Positions 47,201 through 60,050 of a stretch of 64,000 bases of DNA are shown here, piece by piece. Within the stretch, counting starts at the first letter, position 1, and the number at the start of each line of letters is the position of its first letter. The position numbers and the translations under genes were made by a program. Origin of the DNA: Tubiluchus corallicola (Eukaryota; Animalia; Priapulida). The stretch lies in assembly GCA_030141605.1 (NCBI GenBank), contig JAQGDQ010000399.1, positions 62,001 through 126,000 on the forward strand, written 5' to 3'. Under the pieces are notes generated by a model. That model did no database searches, was not told the origin of the DNA, and saw only the letters and a program-made list of their open reading frames with translations.

Positions 47201-50200
47201 GAGTGTGTATCCTGTGCAATATAATCCCATTGTAGTCTGCTGTTTACAAATATACAGACCAGACAACATTAGTCTTATCGCCAAATTTCGAGCTGTACTG
47301 CATCTTGATTCTACATACAGTACCTTTAATATGCCGTTCCTGTTTTAAGAATTTGCCACATAAAATATAAACTGTAATCTTTCACCATTGACATGAACAT
47401 TGTACGTCATACTGGTTATTGCAAGCTCTTACAAATAGTTTGCTGTATGTTATGTATTGCAGTTTAGTTTGGATTACATTAGCTATCAAACTAATACTCC
47501 TTAAAAAGTAATCACAACCTATTTTATTAAAAAAAATCTCTCTCAAGCATCCCAACTAAATAATATGTTTGCTTAAGCCAATCAGTATATTATACCTATA
47601 ACTCAGTTAGCCAGATCATATTATTGCTCAAGAATGCATTATTACCAACAATTTTTACAAGATGTTTCAATATAACCTACACCTAATCAACAAACTACAA
47701 AATCCGCGTGCTTTGGAAAAAGATCAAGCATGCCCTATACGTTGTTGGCAGTGGTGCTTGAACTAAAATTTAATTAAACTAAATTATGCAAACCTAGTTT
47801 CAGCTGAGTAATTTATCTCGTACTATTCTACAGCAAAAAGAGATATCATTTCTGACCTTGAGTGGTGCTTTCGCCATCAGTTCCCATCAAAGGAACGACG
47901 CCCTTGTCAACTTTGATGCCAGGAATTACACCCTTCTGTTTAAGTATGTCCACAAAAGGAGTGCCTGCAAAACAAAATTATGTAATCCTAGAAAAATGTC
48001 ATCAAATGGTTAACAACAGTGTATAACATGAGCTTCAGCAGTGGTGCTCGGTAAACAAAAACAAAAATTAGCCAAGCTACCAAACAGCAATTTATTAGGC
48101 TAACTGTCCAGAATGACCACTGGAAATAGCAAAAATTTCAACATAAGTTTTACCACCGTGTTTCTGTATACACTGTAGCTATAGCACATTTGAGTTCAGT
48201 TTTACAGTACGTTGTTTAAAATATGATCTACTGATGATTAAGATTACATTAACTAAGGTAATAAGCTCAGTTTGTTCTAGTTAAATAAGTGTACATTTAA
48301 CCTAATCAGTGATTTTATAGATTGACAGAAAACACGTTTTCATTTAGCTTCCCAGTATTATTTTTGTAACTGTGTATAGATGCACCAACTTTTATCAAGC
48401 ATATTAAGAATAAATGCGTAATGGAGTCAATGTGAAACGTACTTCTACTAATATTCATTTCTAACATTTTATTGTGCTTCAAATGTAATGGCAATCAAGA
48501 TGGCATAGTCATGGTTTCTCTCATTCTTTTTGCTGTTTCAAAATTGTTGCCTTCACTGTTTGTACTCAGTGGAGCAGAAATACCATACAGAACCAGTGTC
48601 TGGTACAAGATATGCAAACGAAATACTGTTATTCAATACATGAACGTAGCGAATGAAAATCAAGACATTTTCTAAAATACAGGAACGAAACGAACGAAAA
48701 TTTGAAAAAATAACGGCAATACGCAAAAATCAACAAAAACTTATAATAGTTTATTAAATAGCTTGTAATAATAAAACAACATTGTTTCCTATCAACCTTA
48801 CCAACTGAAAGATGGTTTTATCTAACTCTACATGAAACGTCGCCTCCTCATTCTGAGACCAGGCGATGGGGGCACAGTTAATAATAGATATCAGCTGCAA
48901 AATTTACAAGATGTTACATTGTAAAAGATTTTTCAAAAGTAGACGTAGATACATGTAAAAGATGAAGAAAGCAGATGATATACATGTAGGTGATGCAAAA
49001 GTAGATGTAGATTAAAGGTTGATGAGAAAAAGTAGATGTTCCAAGTCCTATATGCAACTATCTAAGCCTGTTACACAGCACATATTATTATGGCATGCGA
49101 GGGTAAACTTTTCAAACATAATTAGGTAACTTGCATTAAAAAAGGAACGAGTCACTTGTAAGTTACATTTATTTGGCAGTTATCACTTAAACTTAGAAAA
49201 GTATAACAGAAAAATTTGCAAAAAACTGCCTATAAAGCATAAATTTAAAATACATTCCCTCTGAATAGAAATTTTTAGGCATGGTGGTTGCCGCCATTCA
49301 CTTGAAAATCATCACGTAACTGAGAGACATCATGACTTTCCGTAAGCATGTGCTGCTTAAACTAATTCAGACTTCTGCAGCTAGCTTTTTTGTTCAAGCG
49401 AAATATTACAAAATTAGCTATCTAATTTCTCTGCAAAACTTACTATACTTTTGGCAAAAACACACAGTGTGCTACTATTCTTCAAGATGAATGACGTCAT
49501 CGGAAGAAAAATGGGCATTGAAAATGGAAGCACCCAAGCATGAAGTGATCACAACATGGGAGTGATTTTATTAGTTAGACGAGGCATTTATTGCAGTTTT
49601 ATTACTAAATCCTTCTAACATTTTTCGTGAACATTGACATAAGCCTAATCTCTTAGAAACTTGGCCTTTCTTTTAACTAAGAGAATAATACAATAACAAA
49701 AATTCTATACATGTAAACAAACATGTAAAATTCCCTGTAACCAGAATACCTCACAAAACCAATAACTTTGTTCCAAATTATCTAACATGATACCCACCAT
49801 TGTCGGCTTTTTGGTAGAGTGTCTCATGAAACAAGATAACCCCACTAATGTTCTCCTGAAATTCTGACCCACTGGTGAACAGCAGCTGTCTGTACTGACG
49901 ACGATTCTCCTCTTCATTAGCAACACCAATATTTGCGAGCCTCTTACCCATAGTACCTATAAAATTAAAAGAAGTGAAAAGTGCACAACACAGTCAAAAG
50001 TATATTCAGAATATTTCTGTTCCAGATCCAGCTCTATGCTTATACATTACCAATTTCAAAAAATTTGCAAGATGCCCGACCCCGAAATAGTTTCTCTGAA
50101 CATCCTGAAGAAAAACCATAATTTTGACATCAAAAGAAATTCATCAATATTCATATTTCAATTTATTATGAATTATAATTTAATGTCAAACTTCGTTTAG

Positions 50201-50485
50201 TAGAAAAGAAGTCCAACAATGAAGAAATGACAATAAAGCCGATTTAACAAGAATTTTTAGTGCAACTAGGGAAGGCATGCATTGTACAAGATGTTCAAAG
50301 ACACTAATAAAAGTTCACAAACACAACTGTGTGCATTTAAAACTTGAAAAATAAATTAAGTTTAATGCTGCGTTACCTGTGCTTTCATCAGCTGCTAAGA
50401 TACCTTTACCAGGTATCACAATGGCATTGGCAACTCGCGCCAACTCTGCCTTCTGTTCTTCGCTAAGGTAGTTTGGTAGAGGCAT
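44245..50485 (-). CDS. ALDO: Fructose-bisphosphate aldolase class I, 362 aa
   Basis: Exons 50485-50377, 49956-49798, 47964-47857, 46982-46738, 45931-45757, 45388-45189 and 44337-44245; total 1089 nt. Motifs [48 protein letters not shown] (Schiff-base Lys), [12 protein letters not shown] and C-terminal SLFVAQHQY*. Kozak context CCACCATG. Confidence 0.97.
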
Positions 50486-51137
50486 GGTGGCTAAATGTAC
50501 ACAGAAACGCCATACCAGATGAAACTAGCCGATTAACAATAAGACTTTAAAAGTTCGCAAAACAGAGTATGTATGTATGGATAAACATAAGTATGCTACA
50601 ACCTCTCTTAGCCTACACTACACTATACAGTGGCACAAGAATGTGGAAAAATGCTAATAATTATGTAAAATCAATCAAATCAATATTTGCCGCAAAAGTA
50701 ATTTTTATTTGCCATGCATGGCAAATTTAGAAACAGTGCAGATTTCAGTTAACATAAACAGTCTCATTTCAAAGATTAAAATTTGCTTGTGTCACACTGC
50801 AAGCCCGTGGACCGAGTAACCTTCAAGTTGAAGCAAGGTCATGCAGTAGCTTAATTTGGCAAAGCGGCGTGTTTAACACCGACACGATTAAAGCCAAATA
50901 TTCATTACTAAGAAAAAGTAAAACCAGTCTAGATAACATTCAAGAATTTAACTTAATCCAAACACACTCTGTGAGCCAGTCATGAAAACACAAAACAAAG
51001 TATGAATTCAAGTTGTATTCAAAGCTAATACTAGCCAGTTCAATAAAAATTACATTATTTTTTCTGCACAATGACAATTAAATAAATTGACAAGATGAAC
51101 GTTTTTTGACAATTCAGAATATCAAGTGACCAGTTAC

Positions 51138-51290
51138 CTATAAAATTTCCTAAAAGCAGTTGTCGAAAATTCCAGAAAACAAACCGACCAGTCGAACAGC
51201 TACAGTAAAAGGACATGAACGTGAACTAAAAAGTGCGAAGTTCGGTAATGACGTCACTGCAAGGGAGGCGTGACAGCGCTTAGCCAATCA
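51138..51290 (-). promoter_or_regulatory. Candidate aldolase non-coding first exon and proximal promoter (CRE, CCAAT box)
   Basis: Acceptor just before the aldolase ATG (50491-92); minus-strand donor TAG|GTAACT at 51138/7; full CRE TGACGTCA at 51249-56; AGCCAATCA at 51282-90. Confidence 0.5.
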
Positions 51291-51574
51291 TAAAAGTGCC
51301 TTGAACAGCTAAAAGGAGCCCCAGTAATAAAAACAGGTAAACAAGCGTAAAGCGTAAACACTTTCAAACTTGGAAAAATAACTACAGATGGCGCTAAACG
51401 ATGAAGTTTGATCGCACGTAAGGCTTGTCTAACGAGTGATTATTTTTATAGATATAATGTACTTTTATGTAAATTTCTTGTATAATTTTATATTTCTCAG
51501 TAGGTTATTGTGACTCTAAATTTTTAATTATTTTTTATACATTTAATAACTCAGTTTGTTAATCAACTTGCACT

Positions 51575-51695
51575 TACTCATTCACTCACTAACTAAATTA
51601 CTGATTGTCTGATTAAGAGACTACTGTATGACTGACTGACTGATTGACTAACTGACCGATCGATCGACTGATTTACTAACTGACTAACTAAGTAA
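51575..51695. repeat. Degenerate tetranucleotide repeat (CACT/GACT/AACT)n
   Basis: Visible run such as ACTGACTGACTGATTGACTAACTGACCGATCGATCGACTG. Confidence 0.75.
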
Positions 51696-52981
51696 CCCAC
51701 TTTCTTAATTGTCAGTGTGGAGTAATGCAAATTTCTTTAAGAGGCAACGATTTTATTGCCGATATACAAGTACGAAAAGGGTCTAAAACTAAAAATAAGT
51801 ATTATTTTAAAATACCGTAATTGTAATTTCCGCAAGGGTACACAGACAAACCAGACAGCTCAATACACGGCCGTAGCTCAGTACACAGCATGGTTTTGGG
51901 GCCAATATGATAAGAGCAAAACATTTTTTCCATTTCTGTCTATGTTTTTTTTAGCAACAAAACTCTTACATGTAGCACGTTTGACTTTGTTTTATAAATT
52001 TATATGCTTCTATTTGAAATTTTGTTAAGTAATTTTTCGTATGTTGTGGTGTATTATAGTGTATACTAATTATCTATACAAAATTTCTGTGCCTAGCTAA
52101 GCACTTTTTACAGTTTTTATTTACTTGTTGTTTAAAGTTTTTTATTTAGTTTGCTTCTTTAGTTTTTCACTTTAAATTTTTTAATGCCTTTAAGTTTTTA
52201 TTCACTTAGCGTTTAAATGTTTCTTATTTAGTTTGCTTCTTTAGTTTTTAGTTTTCACTTTAATTTTTTTTAATTAGGTTGTTTCAAATTTTATTTATTT
52301 ATACGTTAATGTTTCAGTTAGCCGCTAATACACATGTACGTTAGTTCCTGTGTTTTTTTTGCAATTCAATTCACATGAGACAAAAATGTGGCAAACCTGT
52401 ATCTATACGTATCTAGCAAATTAAGTGCCATTTAATAATTTATAATTGTTTTTATCTTACGTTGTATTTCTTATCCTTTTTTTGCTGCGTGTAGGGGCAT
52501 AAACCTATACATACTCAGGCAAAAAGTCAACTGCTGGCAAGACTCCAGCAACCAGTTGCGTTGCTAGTTTGCCACCTGCTACGTACGTACGCACTCTGGC
52601 TCAGGATTTTACCTGAGTTACCTGTCCAAATATGAGGCTGGATCACGTGATAACAGGGCATCGTCTGCCGAACTGCTTTGTTATTGTGAAGATGATAGCG
52701 CGCACTCACTCATGTGCAGTGAAAGAATGTAGTTGGGTAGTTGCATGGTGTATATAAAATTGTTCATGATTTTGCTGTGCTTGTGCGGAGAAATAAATCG
52801 ATGTAAGCTGTGCTGCGCGCTTCTCGGGATTATTACACTCTCAGACAACTGTTGCTTTGACTTCATAGTGCGGTGTGGCAGTCGTAATAGTTGTGCTTGA
52901 AGTTTGAAACTTGCGGCATCGGTTGTTATGCGGCATTTTTAGACGCCGGAAGTACAGCAGGCTACAGTTGGAACTTGAAAA

Positions 52982-54745
52982 ATGGCGACCACGTTGTTGA
53001 GGAGTACACTGCAGTTTCCTTGGAGCTATGGTGTAATGCAAGACGGTCGAATCTTCTTCATAAAGTAATTTTCTTGTCTGATATAGCAACTTCATTATTC
53101 TGAACTGTGTAATAGATGTGTTGTAGGACAAGGCAGAGGCACGCATAAATAATGGTCTAGGCCTACATAGCTCCGCAATTAGCTGCTAGATAACTTTACC
53201 AGGATTAGAAATTACACAAATTGGAGATGATTCAACAGACAGTACAGTTTCAGTTAGCAGTATTTAGGTTTGGCCGGTTTACTGTTTCGTTTACCTGTCT
53301 TGTGGGCAGATTTCTTTATTCTGTCTTCCCACTGTTCACAATAGACGTAGTGCCTAGTGGGCATATGTATGACGTGTAATGTATATGGACAGTTGCGTCA
53401 GCGCTATATGCAGTTCAGTTAATTACAGTATTGTTTATGACTTGTTAAAATGAAAATTTTACTTTTACTTCTTAATTTAGGTTAATACTAAATAATTAGT
53501 TCTAAGTAGTGTTGTGCTTTGCTTGGCCGCTATCTCAAGATCTGTAAGTTTGTATTGGGATTTTATTCGGAAGTTTTGTAGTGATTGCAAAATACAAGAA
53601 TGAAGAAGAAGAAGAAGTATTATGACAAGAAGTATAGAAGAAATAATAAAGCTGTTGTCCCTGGCATGACTCCATACTGAATTTTGCAGTAACTGGGCTG
53701 ATTGATCTGTTTCTTGTTTACATTCTCATGTGAATCAAATCTCCATTTTCATCATCACCACTTTCCTTGCCCTTTCTATCACCCTAGTATTTCATTCTCT
53801 TTATTTTATTTTGCACATTCTACGTCTTTTCTTTCCAGAATGCCTTCTGCTTAACCCTTTACAAGTTTATCTTAGTAGTCTGAGCCGATTTCCAAATATC
53901 TTGTAAAATTTTTAATTTTGTTTTGTTTGTTTTAGTTGAAGTGTACATTGTAATGTAACAATGTTATATCATGGCATTTTGGAAAAATAAACTAAATTAA
54001 ACTAAAGCTATGTTGCTCAGCTATAGTTATAGTTAGGAATAAACTGAGCAGTAGCTGATTACCTGTTCTTCATCTTGGTTTGACATAATTATATTAATAT
54101 AAGAAGTAGGATAAACTGTAATGACTGTTTGTGTGTGGGCTTCATAACTAAATACCTAATCTGATATCAAAATTTTGCAAAATGCTTTAGCTAATATACT
54201 GTTCTAGCTAATGTCTTGAGCAGATTAAAACTACGCAAGTTTAGACAGTTTATAAAGCACGATGGTACATAGACATTGATAAATAGTGTTAAAAGCTTGG
54301 CTAATAATTTTTGCATTTAATTCAAAGTGTTTTATATGCTTCTGATTCTATTTATATAACTAAAAAAGAGAAGGCATCAGTCGAAAATGTTGATAGTGTT
54401 TATATATGAGCGTAGGCGTATTTGCTTGAACACCATAATTTTTTTATGTAAAAATTATTAATTTTTTTTATAAGCGCTTTTATCTGTTTTAGTGATGAGA
54501 AGTGTCAGACTACTTGGATACATCCTCATACTGGTCATGTTGTACAGACTGGACAACAGAGTTTGCCAGGTATAGTGGAATACTTCGAAAACACGATTTT
54601 AGAAAACCCAATTTAGTATGCCATTAGTGCCCATTATATAGAAGGCCACTGGCACCAAGTTATTTTTAGCTGCAGATGCTGCATACCATCCATCTAACTT
54701 ACCGGTCAGCTAGACTCAGCTAGTACTTTGTCAGAATACTAACTG

Positions 54746-54781
<36 letters not shown>

Positions 54782-56927
54782 ACTGTATGTTTGGATTCTA
54801 ACCTAGATTTTACTGTGCATTGCAAAATTTGAATTAAAATTAGATTGGATAAGATAAGTGTTTTTTTTTTCATTTTAGTGATTTCATTGCGTGCAAAATT
54901 GCAAATCAAAATGAAATTTAACAATTTTTCAGATAAATTTGTTTAGTTTTTTTGGCTCTTGAGGTAAGAGCACATGGTTTACCACCACATATTTGGCATA
55001 TTCCCTTGTTTCAGATTTTTCACATTTCCAGGGTTTTTTTTAATGTCGTGTTTGTCACCTATTCAGTTGTTATGTTAATCTTTGCCATGTAAGCCTCTGA
55101 ATCAAACTTGTTGAACTAAACAAAGTAGCTAAAATTCAGAAATTAATTTGAGCCTTATTTACTATTATTGAAGCAGATAAAGTTCAGGCTCATTTAGTAT
55201 GCCACAAACCCATGAAAAGATTGTTATAATCTTTCAATAAAGGTTTGGATCCTTTTTTTTGCAAAACCACGCAATTATTAGACACGCTAAAGCAGCCTGA
55301 GGAAAAAATACATTAGAAAGGTGCGCCATCTGTTGACAAGGAAAGAAAAACATTAAAAGTAGTTTGTGCTTTAAAATTTTGAAGATGGAATAGCTTTAAC
55401 CTATGTACATACAATTTTTTAACTGACTCTTTGTTGTAATTTAATTAATTTTTAAAAAAAAACTTGGATGGGAACATGAAATTACTGTATGCAGTGCTGT
55501 ACTAGCAACAATACTCAATGGTTTCCTTCACTGAAAGCTTTTACTTTCTTGCCGATATTTGCTTGCAAAATTTTTGCTTGGACTCTTGTGATTTTGAACG
55601 AGAAGACCTTTTGCTTTCCTCGATTTTGCCTCGCAGGCGTAGAAAAATACTTGAAGCAAAAAAGAGACGACAGGCAAAACAAACAGGTCGCGTATATCTC
55701 TCGTGAAAGTGCTCGGTTTCTCTCCTTTCCACTGCAGCTGTCTGCTGCGATGCGAGAAGAAATTTTAAATTCATTTAGGATCTTCTAAGCAAGTGGCATC
55801 AATAGCTTGCAGTTTGGACGTTTAGAAAGGCTCTGTGCATGAAAGAGCGATTGATTTGAAATGAGATGTGATTCAATTCATCCAAGTCTGTTGTGCAATC
55901 CATGAAAAAGACTCAGCCAAAGTCCTTTTTAAAGGACTGGCGAATTCATTATATTTTTAGAAGTGTTTACATAACTTTCCGTAATTAATGTTTTGAGTTT
56001 TAAGGTAATTTTTGGCTTATTTTGCACTCCACCTGAAAAACATTATTTTAAAGGTCAAAATTAAGATGCTGAACGAAGTTTCTTGAGCACAACAGATATT
56101 TAAGGAAAAAGGACCTATCTCATTTTCTTAGCAGCAACGCTGTGAAATGAAACAAAATTTGTACTGTATATTATAATATACAGTACTGTATTGTTCAAAT
56201 TCCTTTAATATATATAAACTTTATTTATTTTAAGTGGATTAATATACAGCAATATTACTCATTGGAATATTTTCACTATGTGCTACAAATACATTTTGGT
56301 TGGGAACAGGTAAATACAACTTGTTAACTCAATAATATAATTACAAAGATAGTTAGTTCAAAAATATAGGTATTCATTAGTTAATACTTACAACTGAAAT
56401 ATACAAAGCCCACAGAGTACAGAAGCGATACCAGAAACAATTATCGATGTATATCATACACTATTAGTTATACAAAATCATGATTGATCGATAACTGGCG
56501 TTTAATTTAAAAATCCAAAATTCAAAATAATTCAAGTTACGATTCAATATACAAAAACACGTTCAATCAATTAGCAAAACGTTTTGTAGGCTTTATGTAG
56601 TTTTGTAACAATTTGAACAGAATGCCCCTGGATGGATGGCCTGCTCTGAGTTTATGAAAAATGTTGTAAATAATAGCAGTTTTAGGGTTGGCGTGTAATT
56701 CTTGAGTTATGTACCGGTGATAATGGAGCTGATCCAATAATAGTGTTTTGTGAATGTCTTAGTTTGAACACTGTGAAAATTATTTTAAAACTTATAAAAA
56801 CGTTAAATTTGACTTTCAGATTGAAATTTGTGACCAATGTTATTTTCATTTTTTCTTTTTTTAATTTAGAATTTCCGAGTGGGTGGGAGAGAGGAGTGAC
56901 ACCCGAGGGGGCAGCTTACTACATAGA
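52982..56927 (+). CDS. PLEKHA7: PLEKHA5/6/7-family protein, first three coding exons (tandem WW domains); rest of gene lies beyond the window
   Basis: Exons 52982-53064, 54493-54569 and 56870-56927 splice in frame (phases 2,1,2) to MATTLLRSTLQFPWSYGVMQDGRIFFINDEKCQTTWIHPHTGHVVQTGQQSLPEFPSGWERGVTPEGAAYYI. This matches the PLEKHA5/7 N-terminus (WSYGVxxDGRVFFIN..TTWLHPxTG..TG..LPxGWExxxTxEGAxYxI). Probably co-orthologous to several vertebrate paralogs. Confidence 0.88.
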
Positions 56928-57341
56928 GTAAGTCGATATTTCGGTTCTTTAACTCTGAGTATTGATCGATTTTGGATATTTTTCACACGAGTCTAAACTT
57001 TGGGGTACAAGATAACAGTGCGTTCGTTACTTTAATCGTTCAGCGAAAAACAATTCAATTTAAATACGTCCAATACCAGATCATACGGTTTCCATTTGTT
57101 TTGAAGCCTGTATGAGAATCAATTATTTTGAATGACATACTCCAGTTGTAGACTTGTTGTATGTCAAAATTACATACATTTAGTGTTCATGTACGTAGGA
57201 TCATTATTATTGCCAATCTGGTACAGTATAATCAGCATTATCATAATGACATTGCTGTAATTGTTACATACATGCTTGCAAATATCCAGCACTTCAAATG
57301 ATTTGTGGCATCAACTTTTTCTCAAATTAGCTAACAATTAA

Positions 57342-57648
57342 CAATTATCGTTAATTAGATTATGACTGTGAATGCCAAAATGTTGATAAACCATTCCGGT
57401 TTACTTTACACCACTTATTATGTATTTATCTATTACGAGTAATGGTTTGAAGAAAGGAGACACTGAAAAACTGTGAACCAGTTGGGATTTGAACCCGAAA
57501 CCTGGGATTACTACTCCTATGTTCTGCTTGCTGAGCGTCTCCTTTCTTTCTTCAACTCATTACCAATACTCAATAGGCAATAGTTGTTGTGAAATAAACT
57601 ACAATAGTTTATCAACTTTCTGGCATTCATAGTCATAATTAACAATTG
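57342..57648 (-). mobile_element. TIR-bounded element with tRNA-like core, copy 2
   Basis: ~110-bp imperfect inverted arms (ATTATGACTrTGAATGCCA.AAwGTTGATAAACyATT..GTTTAyTTyAC..TTGAAGAAAG) enclose minus-strand GCTCAG..AGAACATAGGAGTAGTAATCCCAGGTTTCGGGTTCAAATCCC. Confidence 0.75.
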
Positions 57649-59047
57649 ATTTGTTTTTATAAGTTTATCGGAATTTCCATGTCTAAGCCATTTGATCTTA
57701 ATTTGAATGAACTTTGCCTATATAGTCTACACAGATAACTTTAGAATTCGAGTAGAATAAACCTAATGAAAACTGCAGTTGTTTTGAAAATAGGAGATCT
57801 ATAACAATCAGGTACTTGTAACGTCTTGTATTGTGTACATCTTTTGCTTGAAGCGTAAACGACCTGGTTGTGTGTAGGTTTAGAAAGGGTAAAATTTACA
57901 ATTAAGCAACTAGATCTGGAGCAAATTCCACACTAATTGGTTTAGATTAGGTTAGGATGAATTTGACATGTGTTTTCAACATTCTTCACATTTCTAAAAT
58001 TACTGTATGTCAATTATAGGTACATTTATTGAGAACATTCGAAATTTTAATTTTAATATTGCCACATGTAATCAATTTCAGAAGTTTGAGTGCCTGAAAG
58101 TGATTAAATTCACTAACTAAAATTTTTAACAATGAATTCATGATATTCGTGCACTGTGTAACAAAGTCCATTTGAATGTACTTAAATTAATTTTGTTTTC
58201 ATTAGATGTAAATGTTCCTAGATTAAGCCTTTCTTTTGCATCTTTAATTTCAGTATTATTTCAAACACCTTGCCACTAACGTTTTCTCATTTCCCCTCCC
58301 CCTCGTTCGTGTTACCTTACAAGATCTTCACTGCAGTCCCGAAAGGATGTTTTTAACTTACCATTGAATAAATTTGATGTTAAGCCAAACAACATTTAGT
58401 CATCTCAGCTTTTCAGTGTTTTAAATTCACATTTTACTGTGAAGAAACACAGACGACCAGCAGTTTAAACAAACGTCTTCACAAGGATTCATGCTCTAAA
58501 CTCTAAACGTGTTAGCTTAACATAAATTTGTTTTTCTTTCACTTTGTTTATTTTTCTTGTTTGTTGATTGATGAAATTCCAAAGGTGAGGTCAGTTTCTA
58601 GAGCGATGAGTGCTTGGCTTTTTTGAATGACCGATTTTGTACAATAAGAAATCGCTGCGTAGCTGCTGCATGTCTACAATAGCTGCTGTCTTATTAAATT
58701 GTGGCGTCTGATGATAGTTAAGCACTGCAGAGTCGGGTCAGTACTTGGGTTTGACGCTCAATTAATTGATGGTTTCTTGTAATTGTGGTCTTGAAATAAG
58801 ATAAAGCTGCATTGCCAAGCAGATTAGTGTTTCGCGAGTTTCCGCTTTTTTGTTGGTCCAGTGATTCAATTCCATTGTTTAGCAATATCAGAGCTACGTC
58901 TTTAGTCAAACATTTCACAATTAATTATGACACTAGTGATAGTAGTCCTGAGCAGTGAAAAATGACTACGCCTGAAAACATTTGCCACTTCCGTTTGTGA
59001 TGGTGTACGCAGTCCATTAACCTAACGTGTTTTGCCGTAGTTAGAGG

Positions 59048-59124
59048 ATGTCCACGCCTGCGACAACGTCAGGTTCCTGTAGAACCTACAAACTAACCGT
59101 ACCTCTCACTTGTGATGACCCCAG
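59048..59124 (+). CDS. Candidate alternative first coding exon of the PLEKHA gene (WW-less isoform)
   Basis: AGGATG start, open frame MSTPATTSGSCRTYKLTVPLTCDDP, donor CCAG|GTAATT in phase 2 (same phase as exon 3), in a CpG-richer patch. Confidence 0.4.
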
Positions 59125-59254
59125 GTAATTACCTGCTTTACCTTGGTGTCTACTTAATGTATTATCAGGTGACAAGGGTTGTCAATCGTTAACTTCCTCT
59201 CTAAACGCGAATTAGAGAATGCATTCTCACCTGAAGTTATTCGTTCATACCCCT

Positions 59255-59280
59255 TCTCTTTCTCTCTGTGTCTCTCTCTT

Positions 59281-59316
<36 letters not shown>
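59255..59316. repeat. (CT)n microsatellite
   Basis: Directly visible. Confidence 0.95.
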
Positions 59317-59319
<3 letters not shown>

Positions 59320-59965
59320 CCATCTTCCCGTTTCTTTCTTGTTGGTACTTGTATTTATATTGCCGTCGCACTAGTGCCACAAGAAGTAAAGGGATTGATG
59401 TCTTAAATGGGCGCAGGGTTATTTATTAAAGCACCAATTTTGAATCTTGTGTCTGTACTTTTTGTCACAAAGAAGTGATTGCTATTTTCAACTTTTACGC
59501 TACATCAACTTTAAACAAAATGCATGTAATAAAAATATTTTTACATTTTTGCTAAATTAACTGTCGGTTGGTAAAGACTAGAAGCTAAACAGGTTGCTTT
59601 AATTTGTAGTACCACTGATTTTTACATCAGCATAAATCCTCTAAATCCTGTCTCCTCTGTCATTAACTAAGAATTTTTATGATGTAGAAAGGTGAGTCAC
59701 CAGCTTAGCAGTGCACATAACTAACACTCATTAGCTTCTCACTGCCAGCCACATTTAATGCGTCTTACGGCTGTTACTGTAAATGGTAATGATGATGATT
59801 GGTTGTTTTGCTACTACACGTCAGCCTGTTTGAGCAAGTGGTACCGTGGAATGCAATACAACCTTGAGTGTGTTATTACAACATCATCTCAACAACCTAT
59901 TGCTGCTGGGCTGATTGCGGCCACTGACTGGGCTTGATCACACTGTACAGGGTTGTTAGATATAC

Positions 59966-60050
59966 TGTGACGTTGTCTCAGCATCTTCTGGTTGACTCAA
60001 ACCCAAGTGTGACGTTGTCACAGCATCTTCTGGTTGACTCAAACCCAAGT
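59966..60050. repeat. 42-bp tandem duplication
   Basis: TGTGACGTTGTCwCAGCATCTTCTGGTTGACTCAAACCCAAG twice, one mismatch. Confidence 0.95.

Noticed and set aside
55480-55945. CpG-richer stretch with 60-99 aa ORFs and a short palindrome AGTCCTTTTTAAAGGACT
   Set aside because: No recognisable protein motif. It may be a DNA transposon remnant, but matching ends and a target duplication could not be established by eye.
57470-57540. Functional tRNA gene
   Set aside because: The acceptor and D stems are degenerate, it is embedded in a dispersed repeat, and the second copy is more decayed; treated as a tRNA-derived element.
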